Shown here one piece after another: positions 35,539 to 43,526 of a stretch of 46,267 bases of DNA. The notes beneath the pieces were generated by a model. That model did no database searches and was not told the origin of the DNA. It worked only from the letters and a program-made list of their open reading frames with translations. Origin of the DNA: Patescibacteria group bacterium (GTDB lineage Bacteria > Patescibacteriota > Minisyncoccia > CAIUEV01 > JAHKAQ01); the NCBI GenBank assembly GCA_034716235.1, contig JAYEHH010000013.1:1-46267 (forward strand), written 5' to 3'. Both the position numbers and the translations under genes were made by a program. Each line of letters opens with the position of its first letter. The first letter of the stretch is position 1.

Positions 35539-35748
35539 TTAATTATTTCTAGACATTTTTGCTCCGCACTTAGGACAAGTTTGCTCGTAGCAAGGAACTG
35601 CTCTTTGATGAGGCACTTCTGCTCCACATTTAGGGCAAACACAATTGCCTTCTGGACCTAATCCAGAACCACCAGGTTGACGTCCACGTCCTCCTTCATT
35701 AGAAGGCTCGGGGTTGTTGTTCGGGGTTGTTGAATTTGCTTCTTCCAT
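35539..35748 (-). CDS. Small Gly/Arg-rich zinc-ribbon protein
   Basis: GGRGRQPGGSGLGPEGNCVCPKCGAEVPHQRAVPCYEQTCPKCGAKM, with two CPxCG knuckles. Confidence 0.6.
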   Translation of the reverse strand: MEEANSTTPNNNPEPSNEGGRGRQPGGSGLGPEGNCVCPKCGAEVPHQRAVPCYEQTCPKCGAKMSRNN

Positions 35749-35780
35749 TTTTATTACTTAAGAATTAATATTGAAAATCT

Positions 35781-36059
35781 TTAATTTCTAATAATTTTTA
35801 TGGCCTTGCCTGTTGTCAAAGCTTCGGCGATTTTTTGATTAGCAGACACTAAAATGCGTTGGAAAGTACTTTGAGAAACTCTCATTTTTTTGGCACATTG
35901 AACCTGATCTAATCTTGCTACATATTTTAACCGAATAGCTTCTAGCTTATCAGAACCCAACTCAATTTCTTGTAATGCCCTCAATGGTATCCCTTGAGGC
36001 TTAAAATAGGTTGCCGTGGGGTTGAAATTTATTCTTCTGAATTTATGTGGTCTTCCCAT
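35781..36059 (-). CDS. DUF134 (UPF0251) predicted DNA-binding protein
   Basis: MGRPHKFRRINFNPTATYFKPQGIPL...LEAIRL...QVQCAKKMRVSQSTFQRIL...GKAIKI matches the family pattern along its whole length. Confidence 0.85.
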   Translation of the reverse strand: MGRPHKFRRINFNPTATYFKPQGIPLRALQEIELGSDKLEAIRLKYVARLDQVQCAKKMRVSQSTFQRILVSANQKIAEALTTGKAIKIIRN

Positions 36060-36076
36060 AATTTAGATTAGTTGAT

Positions 36077-37435
36077 TTAGCCAAACATTAAAAGGCTTGG
36101 TTTGAAAATTAATAAAATTCCGATAATTATCATGAGTAATCCGCCGATAAGGCGAGATGCCCGAGTGTATTTTGTGGCTATGCCTGTCATTTGCAAAGTT
36201 ATCATTGCAGTGAAAAAGATAAATAAATCATCCAAGATAAAGATGAAGGTATAAAGACAAAGATAAAGGCAATATTGCCATCTTGCTAGATGACTTAAAG
36301 CTAATGTTTGAGTATAGATTACTGGTAAACCTGCTGAGCAAACCATTTCTACTAGATTAACTGTGACCGCTAAAATTATGATACCTCCTAAGGCTAGCCA
36401 AAATTGTTTTTTCTGAGTAACTTTTTTTAATTTACTAAAAAATTGTTGCTTCTTTTCACTACCAGTTACCTTACATTGGCCTTCCTTGTTGTAAAAAAAT
36501 TCTTTAAGATTATAAGCTCCGCCACCTAAAGCTATCAAGCCAATAATAATTCTAGCCCATAAAATCAAGCCAATAAATAGAATAAGATTTAACCAGGCTG
36601 TCATAAATAGAAAATAGACTATTCCAGAAATAGCGATAAAGGTACTACCAAAAATCCACATTCTTTTTTTATCTTTCATACCTAGAAGCAAGCTAATCAG
36701 AAATAAAAGAGCCCACATAGCACAAGGGTTAAAACCATCCAAGGCTCCAAAAATAATGGTAATGGTTAATAAGGAAAAATTTTTAATTTCTATTTCTCCC
36801 AATAAAGGTAAGTTTACTGTTTTGGGGATTTCTTCTAAATTAAGATTTTCTTTTTGAGGCTTTTGCTCCGTAGCTACTGATTCGGTAGGGGTCGGTTTAA
36901 CTGAAGCTGATTCAGATTTAGAGTCTATTGCCAAATTTTCCTTGACGGCATTTTCTATTACTACCCCAGTAGTTTCTTCGCTTCTCCAACCGATAAAATA
37001 TTGATCTCCGACTACTGTGAAGGGGATACCGTCAATATCAGCTTCAAGTGCTTGACCGACTTCTCTAAATAATTGAGCATTTTCCTTTTTAGATATTTCG
37101 AAATGACGGATAGTCAAACTAGGATATTTTTTAGCTAACTTTTCCAGAAAAGGTTTCTCTTCCGCACAATGATGACAACCATTAGACCAAAAAAACAAAA
37201 GAACCGTTTCCGATTTAGTTTCATTGGTGGTAACCCCACTAGCGGTTTCTTTTTCTGCTGAAACTGGTGCTACGTTTATTAAAAATAGCATTAAAAATAT
37301 CGGTAAGAATACCGGCATTAATCTGGATATTGTTTGCTTAAGTATATTTAGAAAAGACTTGCAATTGTTTGTTTTTATCTCCATAAACATCTTTGAAAAT
37401 AAATTGGCATTAGAATTACAACACCTCTCCTTCAA
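36077..37435 (-). CDS. Exported thioredoxin-fold domain (CHHC) fused to a DsbD/CcdA-like polytopic membrane domain
   Basis: Signal sequence ...FLMLFLINVAPVSA, LLFFWSNGCHHCAEEKPFLEKL, a linker, then six or more TM helices with Cys in GALDGFNPCAMW and LVEMVCSAGLPV. The start is uncertain: TTG 37435, ATG 37390/37384 or ATG 37318. Confidence 0.7.
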   Translation of the reverse strand: MKERCCNSNANLFSKMFMEIKTNNCKSFLNILKQTISRLMPVFLPIFLMLFLINVAPVSAEKETASGVTTNETKSETVLLFFWSNGCHHCAEEKPFLEKLAKKYPSLTIRHFEISKKENAQLFREVGQALEADIDGIPFTVVGDQYFIGWRSEETTGVVIENAVKENLAIDSKSESASVKPTPTESVATEQKPQKENLNLEEIPKTVNLPLLGEIEIKNFSLLTITIIFGALDGFNPCAMWALLFLISLLLGMKDKKRMWIFGSTFIAISGIVYFLFMTAWLNLILFIGLILWARIIIGLIALGGGAYNLKEFFYNKEGQCKVTGSEKKQQFFSKLKKVTQKKQFWLALGGIIILAVTVNLVEMVCSAGLPVIYTQTLALSHLARWQYCLYLCLYTFIFILDDLFIFFTAMITLQMTGIATKYTRASRLIGGLLMIIIGILLIFKPSLLMFG

Positions 37436-37452
37436 AAAGTAAAGGAGAGGTG
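37421..37452 (-). promoter_or_regulatory. Perfect 12-bp hairpin between the DUF5320 gene and the downstream gene (candidate attenuator or processing site)
   Basis: ACACCTCTCCTT-caaaaagt-AAGGAGAGGTGT, starting 9 nt after the DUF5320 stop. No clear U-tract follows. Confidence 0.5.
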
Positions 37453-37460
37453 TGCTGACC

Positions 37461-37724
37461 TTAATTTTTCCGAGACTGTAATTCTTTAATCCTTTCTTCC
37501 ATAGCTGATAATTCCGATCTTAACTGATTTGTTTCTTCTCTGAGAGTGCCTTGGTTTGGTTGTCCTGCAAAATTCTGATTTCTAAAATTTCTTCCCATTC
37601 TTCTAGATCCTCTTCCCATTCCAAATCCAGATTGAGAATTACCAGTAGTATTTCCACTGCAAGGTCCTAGTCTGCGTCCTACGGGTCCGGTGCCGTAGGG
37701 TCCTGTTCCGTTCATGTTAGGCAT
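37461..37724 (-). CDS. DUF5320-family small protein
   Basis: MPNMNGTGPYGTGPVGRRLGPCSGN...GFGMGRGSRR, then a C-terminal coiled coil LRSELSAMEERIKELQSRK. SD AAGGGGG present. Confidence 0.75.
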   Translation of the reverse strand: MPNMNGTGPYGTGPVGRRLGPCSGNTTGNSQSGFGMGRGSRRMGRNFRNQNFAGQPNQGTLREETNQLRSELSAMEERIKELQSRKN

Positions 37725-37864
37725 TTTAATCGCCCCCTTTCTTTAGTCTCGCCACAATGGCTCATCTTCGTTTCGCAGAGCGAAACTATGGTAGAGCAAT
37801 GGCAGACTTATGTTAAATATCTAATTTAATAGGTAAATTTGTGTAATTCGACCTTTATGTTATG

Positions 37865-37893
37865 AGTATATACCCATAAAGAATTATTGTCAA
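37865..37893 (-). promoter_or_regulatory. Sigma70-like promoter of the 37724-31935 operon
   Basis: Minus strand TTGACA (37893-37888), 17-nt spacer, TATACT (37870-37865). This leaves a leader of about 135 nt. Confidence 0.55.
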
Positions 37894-37900
37894 GAGGGAG

Positions 37901-37940
37901 ACAAACAAAGAAAACGCTTTTTAGCGTTTTCTTTGTTTGT
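37901..37940. terminator. Perfect 18-bp hairpin terminator after hup
   Basis: ACAAACAAAGAAAACGCT-tttt-AGCGTTTTCTTTGTTTGT. Confidence 0.7.
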
Positions 37941-37960
37941 GATTAAAGTACTACTTAGTT

Positions 37961-38242
37961 TTATTTAACTGCCTGTTTCAACACTGATCCAGCTTTAAAT
38001 TTAGGCACTTTAGTAGGTGGAATATTAAGTTTTTCGCCAGTTTGAGGATTAACACCCACTCTTCCTTTTCTTTCATTTACCCAAAAAGCTCCGAAGCCGG
38101 TGAAGCCGACCTTTTTTCCTGCATTCATACCTTCAGTGATAACTTCCAAAAGAGCATCAACGGTTTCCTCAGTATCTTTTTTACTTTGATTGGTTTTGGC
38201 GGTGATAGCACTAACTATATCACCTCTGTTTAATGCTTCCAT
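37961..38242 (-). CDS. hup: DNA-binding protein HU
   Basis: ALNRGDIVSAITAKT...FGAFWVNERKGRVGVNPQTGEKLNIPPTKVPKFKAG. The start is moved to ATG 38242, which follows AAGGGGGTGA. Confidence 0.9.
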   Translation of the reverse strand: MEALNRGDIVSAITAKTNQSKKDTEETVDALLEVITEGMNAGKKVGFTGFGAFWVNERKGRVGVNPQTGEKLNIPPTKVPKFKAGSVLKQAVK

Positions 38243-38426
38243 CTCGTCACCCCCTTTCTTATATCGCCATAGTTCAAAAACAATGGCGGGTTTATCCAAC
38301 TTAAAACTGAAATGGAAGTTCAGTTTTAAGACAACTAATTAATGGTATAAAAATAAAGTATTACTTAAATATTTTGATTAATAAGGGCTATAAATAATAC
38401 CTTAATTCACTGATAGATTTTTAACT

Positions 38427-39221
38427 TTACTTGTTTTCTACAATTTCTAAAACTCGTTCAATCTTTTTAGCTTTTCTATCTTTTCCTGTTTCAATAAATA
38501 CTCCTTGGATTATACACTTTTTCCAATCATTATACCAGTCAGAGCCAACAGAATCTTGTTTAAGAAAGCCTTCAATTACTTCTTCTTTGTTTTTTCCTAA
38601 AACAGAATCTTTAACTCCGCACATACCAACATCAGTAATGTAAGCTGTTTTCTTGGAAAGAAGTTGCTCGTCGGAAGTTTGAACATGAGTATGAGTACCA
38701 ACTATTGCTGAAATTTTTCCATCTAGATAGAACCCTAGAGCTCTGGCTTCACTGGTAGCCTCGGAATGGAAGTCTATGAAAATCGTATCGCATTTTTCTC
38801 GAGCTATTTCAGCTAAGATTTCATCAGCCTTTTTAAAAGGGCAGTCGTAATCACTATGAAAAAAAACTCTACCGATTAAATTAATAATAGCAATTTTTTG
38901 AGTGCGAATGTTAATAATTTCATAGCCTCGTCCAATCACTCCTGACGGATAATTGGCTGGTCTTATTAATGGGATAGATTTATCTTGCAATAATTTTATT
39001 CCTTCTTTTTTCCAAACATGATTACCGGAAGTAAAAAAATCTATTCCTATTTTCATTAATTCTTGGAGACTACTTTCTGTAACTCCTTTTCCATGAGCAA
39101 TATTTTCAGCGTTGGCGATGGTGATGTCTGGATGATAACGCTTGATGAGACGGGGGAGTATTTTAGCGACACTTTCTCTTCCAGGTCTGCCAACAATATC
39201 TCCCAAAAATAATATTTTCAT
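38427..39221 (-). CDS. ymdB: YmdB-family (TIGR00282) metallophosphoesterase
   Basis: MKILFLGDIVGRPGR...ANAENIAHGKG...DFHSEATSE...GTHTHVQT. Lies downstream of rny, as in Firmicutes. Confidence 0.85.
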   Translation of the reverse strand: MKILFLGDIVGRPGRESVAKILPRLIKRYHPDITIANAENIAHGKGVTESSLQELMKIGIDFFTSGNHVWKKEGIKLLQDKSIPLIRPANYPSGVIGRGYEIINIRTQKIAIINLIGRVFFHSDYDCPFKKADEILAEIAREKCDTIFIDFHSEATSEARALGFYLDGKISAIVGTHTHVQTSDEQLLSKKTAYITDVGMCGVKDSVLGKNKEEVIEGFLKQDSVGSDWYNDWKKCIIQGVFIETGKDRKAKKIERVLEIVENK

Positions 39222-39291
39222 AAAATGTTAATCAAGATTTATTACTAAGTGAATTGTAATACAGGATTTTAAATTTGTTCGAGCCTCCTTT

Positions 39292-40812
39292 CTACCGTGC
39301 GTAATCAATAGCTCTGGTTTCTCTAATAATATTAACCTTAATTTCTCCTGGATAATTTAATTCTTCTTCAATTTTATCAGCAATTTTGCGAGCTAATTTT
39401 ATTGAACCCAAGTCATCAATATTTTGAGGGTCAACAAAAACACGAATTTCTCTGCCGGCTTGAATGGCATAAGATTTATCCACTTCTCCAAAAGCATTGG
39501 CAATATCTTCTAATTCTCCTAAACGTTTTAGATAATTTTCTAGAGTATCTTTTCTGGCTCCCGGTCGGGAAGCAGAAATAGCATCAGCGGCAGCAATAAT
39601 AGCTGCCTCAGGATTTTCACAGGGGAGATCGTCATGGTGATGCCGCATGGCCTCTATAACATTGTCTGGAATGTTAAATTTCTCTAAAATAGTAACCCCG
39701 ATTTCAATATGAGTTCCTTGGACTTCATGATCGACCGCTTTTCCAATATCGTGGAGCAAACCTGCTTTTTTGCATAAACCGACATCTAAACCTAGCTCGT
39801 TAGCTAACATACCAGCTAGGTGAGCCACTTCAATAGAATGAATGAGGACATTTTGGCCGTAACTTGTTCGATAGCGTAATCTCCCTAATATTTTAATGAG
39901 ATTGGTATTTAAGCCGGCTACTCCTACATCATAAACGGCAGTTTCTCCAGCTTTTTGAACCTTTTTAGCTAATTCTGTTTTAACCAATTTAATGGTTTCT
40001 TCAATTTTAGCAGGATGAATTCTGCCATCTTCTATTAATCTTTCCAAGGTTAAACGAGCAATTTCTCTGCGCACTGGGTCAAAAGCGGAAACTACAATAG
40101 CTTCTGGAGTATCATCAACTATAATCTCAGCTCCAGTTAAGCGTTCGATAGCATTAATATTTCTACCTTCTCTGCCGATAATTCTGCCCTTTAGCTCGTC
40201 GTCGGGGAGAGCTACGGTAGTAGTGGTGGTATCAGCTACATGACTAGAGGCATAACGTTGCATAGCCAGTGTCATTATGTTTCTAGCCTTTTCTTCTAAA
40301 GCTTCTTTGCTATATTCTTCAAGTTTTTTAAGTTTGTGGACTAAAACTTCTTTGTTTTCCTCCTCAATTAAGTTGAGCATTAATTGTTTAGCCTCTTTTC
40401 GGTCAAGTTTAGCGACATTTTCCAATTTCTCAATTTCTTGTTTTCTTAAAGAGGACAATTCATTTTTAATATCTTTTACCTGATTGATTTTATCCTGGAC
40501 ATTCTTTCTTTGAGAGCCTATATCTCTTTCCTTTCTTTCAATCTGACTTTCCATACGACCAAGACGCTCCTCAGTTTTATCTAATTGGCTACGACGAGTT
40601 TCTTCTTCATTTTTAATAGCACTTAAAGCTTTTACGGCTTTTTCTTTGGCTGCTAAAATTACATCTTTGGCTTTAAGTTCAGCATTAGAAAGTATTTTTT
40701 CTGCCTTACTTTCAGATGCCTCATTTTTTTTACGAGAGACAGTTTTTCTTAAGACGTATCCTAAAGAGGTGCCTGCTAAGGCGGTAATAATTACCGTTAA
40801 AATTATAGACAT
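39292..40812 (-). CDS. rny: Ribonuclease Y
   Basis: N-terminal TM helix, coiled coil, KH domain (GRIIGREGRNI) and HD domain (HSIEVAHLAG...LLHDIGKA). Confidence 0.95.
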   Translation of the reverse strand: MSIILTVIITALAGTSLGYVLRKTVSRKKNEASESKAEKILSNAELKAKDVILAAKEKAVKALSAIKNEEETRRSQLDKTEERLGRMESQIERKERDIGSQRKNVQDKINQVKDIKNELSSLRKQEIEKLENVAKLDRKEAKQLMLNLIEEENKEVLVHKLKKLEEYSKEALEEKARNIMTLAMQRYASSHVADTTTTTVALPDDELKGRIIGREGRNINAIERLTGAEIIVDDTPEAIVVSAFDPVRREIARLTLERLIEDGRIHPAKIEETIKLVKTELAKKVQKAGETAVYDVGVAGLNTNLIKILGRLRYRTSYGQNVLIHSIEVAHLAGMLANELGLDVGLCKKAGLLHDIGKAVDHEVQGTHIEIGVTILEKFNIPDNVIEAMRHHHDDLPCENPEAAIIAAADAISASRPGARKDTLENYLKRLGELEDIANAFGEVDKSYAIQAGREIRVFVDPQNIDDLGSIKLARKIADKIEEELNYPGEIKVNIIRETRAIDYAR

Positions 40813-40963
40813 TGTTGATGGGGTTATTTATTAACTGAGAGTTCATACCGTTGGAATAGTTTCTTAAAATTACCAAAATTATAAGATTTTTAGCAACAAA
40901 TTGAGTTTAGATTGTTTAAAGGGGTTTGTCAAAATAAGATACTAAATATCTTTATTTTAGCTA

Positions 40964-41878
40964 CTAATCAGCAATGTGTTTATTGGTAAGTTTCTCTGCT
41001 TCTCTTTCACTCTTAATCCATTTAATTCTAGAGTCTTTTTTAAACCAAGTCATTTGCTTTTTGGCTAGCTGACCATTAGCGATAAGTAATCGCTCAATCA
41101 TTGTGTCATAAGAAATTTCTTTTTTCAAAAAATAGGAGATATAACGATATTCCAGTCCAAAATCAATCAGTTGTTTCCAGCTTAAACCATTCTTATGCAA
41201 TTCTTGCACTTCTGCTACCAATCCTTGCTTTAACCTTTTCTGCAATCTTTTTTTAATACGTTCTCGAATTTTTTCAATCGGATGAGTGATGCCAAGAATT
41301 AATGTGGCGTAATGAGGTTGAGCAATTTTTTGAGATTGAGTTTGCAATTTAGTTAATGTTTGGTTTGTTTGTTTACAAATTTCAATAGCCCGAATTACTC
41401 GACGAGAGTTGGCAGTGTCTATTTGTTTAAGAGCTTCAGGGTTAAGCTCTTTTAAGATTTGCAATCGGTCTTTGTCGCTCATTAATTCTAATTTTTTACG
41501 GAGTCTGTAATCTGGCTTAGCTGAAGAGAGGATAAGTCCGTCCGTGATTGCTTTTATATAAAGACCAGTCCCACCAACTAGAAAAGGAAGCTTTTTTCTT
41601 TTCAAAATTTGATCAATAGCCCGATAAGCTTTTTTCTGGTATTCAGCTAAAGAAAAGTTTTCTTGAGGATTAGCTACATCAATTAAGTGATACGGAATTT
41701 TTCCCCATGGTAAGTTATATTCATTCAAATCTTTACCGGTTCCTATATCTAACCCACGGTAAACCTGTCTGGAATCAGCAGAAACAATTTCTCCATTAAA
41801 TTTTTTAGCTAATTTTACTGCCAACTTGGTTTTTCCGCAGGAGGTAGGACCAAGAATGACGATTAGAGGTGGGGGCAT
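40964..41878 (-). CDS. miaA: tRNA dimethylallyltransferase
   Basis: MPPPLIVILGPTSCGKT...VSADSRQVYRGLDIGT.K...PYHLID. The start is placed at ATG 41878. The 12-codon extension to 41914 is a translation of the 9-mer repeat array. Confidence 0.9.
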   Translation of the reverse strand: MPPPLIVILGPTSCGKTKLAVKLAKKFNGEIVSADSRQVYRGLDIGTGKDLNEYNLPWGKIPYHLIDVANPQENFSLAEYQKKAYRAIDQILKRKKLPFLVGGTGLYIKAITDGLILSSAKPDYRLRKKLELMSDKDRLQILKELNPEALKQIDTANSRRVIRAIEICKQTNQTLTKLQTQSQKIAQPHYATLILGITHPIEKIRERIKKRLQKRLKQGLVAEVQELHKNGLSWKQLIDFGLEYRYISYFLKKEISYDTMIERLLIANGQLAKKQMTWFKKDSRIKWIKSEREAEKLTNKHIAD

Positions 41879-41880
41879 AG

Positions 41881-41921
41881 AGTTCGTAAAGTTTATAAAG
41901 TTCATAAGGTTCATAAAGTTC
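41881..41921 (+). repeat. Tandem 9-mer array, locus 3 of 4 (miaB/miaA junction)
   Basis: AGTTCGTAA AGTTTATAA AGTTCATAA GGTTCATAA AGTTCC. Confidence 0.85.
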
Positions 41922-43239
41922 CTTCTAGTCCAAAAATACCAGCTTCGGTTACTTTTACCTTACAAAAACTTCCTATTTTGACGGACTGGTTGGCATTCAA
42001 GTTAATTCGAATATTTTTGTAAGTTTCCGTTTTGCCTAAATAGGTATGTTTCTTAGCTAAAGATGGCTTTTGTCTTTCTATCAAAACTTCAACTTCTTTT
42101 CCAAGGTAACTTTGATTATTTTTAAGAGCCGTTTTCTCAAGAATCTCAGTAAGAATTAATTTGCGTTCCTTTTTCTCTGCTTCGGAGACATCATCTACCA
42201 AATTATCAGCCACGGTTTCTGGACGGGAAGAAAAAGCAGAAATATAGGCCATATCAAATCCTACCGTTTTCATAATTTGAGCTGTTTTTCCAAAATCTTC
42301 TTTAGTTTCTCCGGGGAAACCTACAATAATATCTGTTGAAAGAGCCGCTTGAGGAATTTTAGTTCTGATTTTAGTTATTAACTGTAAATAATGTTCAATA
42401 GTATATTTTCTTTTCATAAGTTTAAGGATTCTATTGCTTCCAGACTGAAAAGGCAAATGGATGTAATTGGTTATTTTATTGGAACGAGCGATTAACTCTA
42501 TTAAATCATCCGACATATCTTTAGGATGGGAAGTGAGAAATCTAATCCAAAAATCTCCAGAGATATTACTGATTTTTTCCAACAAAGCTGGAAAGCTAAC
42601 TATTTTCTCATTCTTTGATGGTTCTGGCTGATAACTGTTAACATTCTGACCAAGTAAAATTATTTCTTTATAGCCATTAGTGACTAATTGCTTAACCTCT
42701 TGCATAATATCTTTGGATGGTCGAGAAAATTCTCTCCCTCGGGCATAAGGGACTACGCAATAAGAGCAAAAATTATTGCAACCAGTCATTATGGGGACAT
42801 AAGCAGAAAGGGGAGAGGAGTACAGAGGAGAAATTTTAAAAAAATCTGCAGGGTTGGCCGGAGATGAAGCTTTTTCTTGTTCTTGTTTTACAATTTTAAT
42901 TTTAGACTCAGCCAGTTCTTTCAAAAATTGAGGTAATTTTAATATCTCAATAAAATAACTGGTAGCAGAAACTAATTTTTTTTGAAAATCTTTTCGGTGA
43001 GCGCTACATCCAGTGATAATAATTATACAATTGGGTCTTTTCTTTCTTAACTTAGGGACAATACCAATAACTCTATCTTCGGCTGATTGTCTTATCCCAC
43101 AGGTGTTCACAATAACTAAATCGGCCTTAAATCTATCGGTAACTTTTTTAAATTTTAAATTTTCAGCAATTCTAGTGATTCTTTCAGAATCGTTAAAATT
43201 CATTTGGCAACCAAAGGTGAGAATATGATACGTAAGCAC
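41911..43239 (-). CDS. miaB: Radical-SAM methylthiotransferase (MiaB-type)
   Basis: N-terminal TFGCQMN, radical-SAM CNNFCSYC, C-terminal TRAM domain. GTG start. Adjacent to miaA. Confidence 0.85.
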   Translation of the reverse strand: MLTYHILTFGCQMNFNDSERITRIAENLKFKKVTDRFKADLVIVNTCGIRQSAEDRVIGIVPKLRKKRPNCIIIITGCSAHRKDFQKKLVSATSYFIEILKLPQFLKELAESKIKIVKQEQEKASSPANPADFFKISPLYSSPLSAYVPIMTGCNNFCSYCVVPYARGREFSRPSKDIMQEVKQLVTNGYKEIILLGQNVNSYQPEPSKNEKIVSFPALLEKISNISGDFWIRFLTSHPKDMSDDLIELIARSNKITNYIHLPFQSGSNRILKLMKRKYTIEHYLQLITKIRTKIPQAALSTDIIVGFPGETKEDFGKTAQIMKTVGFDMAYISAFSSRPETVADNLVDDVSEAEKKERKLILTEILEKTALKNNQSYLGKEVEVLIERQKPSLAKKHTYLGKTETYKNIRINLNANQSVKIGSFCKVKVTEAGIFGLEGTL

Positions 43240-43254
43240 TGGAGTTAAAAGTTT

Positions 43255-43437
43255 AGGTAATTGATAATTGACAATGCCAGCCAGAGGCCCGCCTAGACTC
43301 GGCGAGGCTGGCTGGCTTGTCTCGCCGAAGGGCGGATTACCCTTTGGGTGAGATAATTGATAATGGACAATGGATGATGGACAATTGACAATGGATGATT
43401 GAGAATTGAGAATGGACGATTGACAATTGATAATTAA
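43255..43437. repeat. ATTGACAAT/ATGGA-type microsatellite upstream of miaB, interrupted by a GC-rich insert
   Basis: GGTAATTGATAATTGACAATG | insert | ATAATTGATAATGGACAATGGATGATGGACAATTGACAATGGATGATTGAGAATTGAGAATGGACGATTGACAATTGATAATTAA. Confidence 0.8.
43274..43362. mobile_element. GC-rich hairpin-forming insert of about 89 bp (MITE/REP-like)
   Basis: It contains the 39-nt self-complementary CCAGCCAGAGGCCCGCCTAGACTCGGCGAGGCTGGCTGG, which is the reverse complement of 46041-46079. It is flanked by ATAATTGAcAATG and ATAATTGAtAATG. Confidence 0.4.
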
Positions 43438-43475
43438 GGAATATCTTTTTCTAATTCACAATTTTATTTGTCATT
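43438..43475 (-). repeat. 38-nt conserved module, copy B (upstream of miaBA)
   Basis: GGAATATCTTTTTCTAATTCACAATTTTATTTGTCATT. Confidence 0.9.
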
Positions 43476-43526
43476 TTCGTGCAAATTTAGATTGTGGTTC
43501 AAATTTATTGCAATTGTGATTATTTT

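Noticed and set aside
32464-35661. + strand ORFs 32464..32820, 34534..34782 and 35461..35661
   Set aside because: They are antisense to well-supported minus-strand genes (MinD-Fer4, CDF, NifX-like/zinc ribbon).
41879-41914. 12-codon N-terminal extension of miaA (MNLMNFINFTNS)
   Set aside because: It is encoded entirely by the 9-mer repeat array. The conserved MiaA P-loop N-terminus begins at ATG 41878. Kept as an alternative in a finding.
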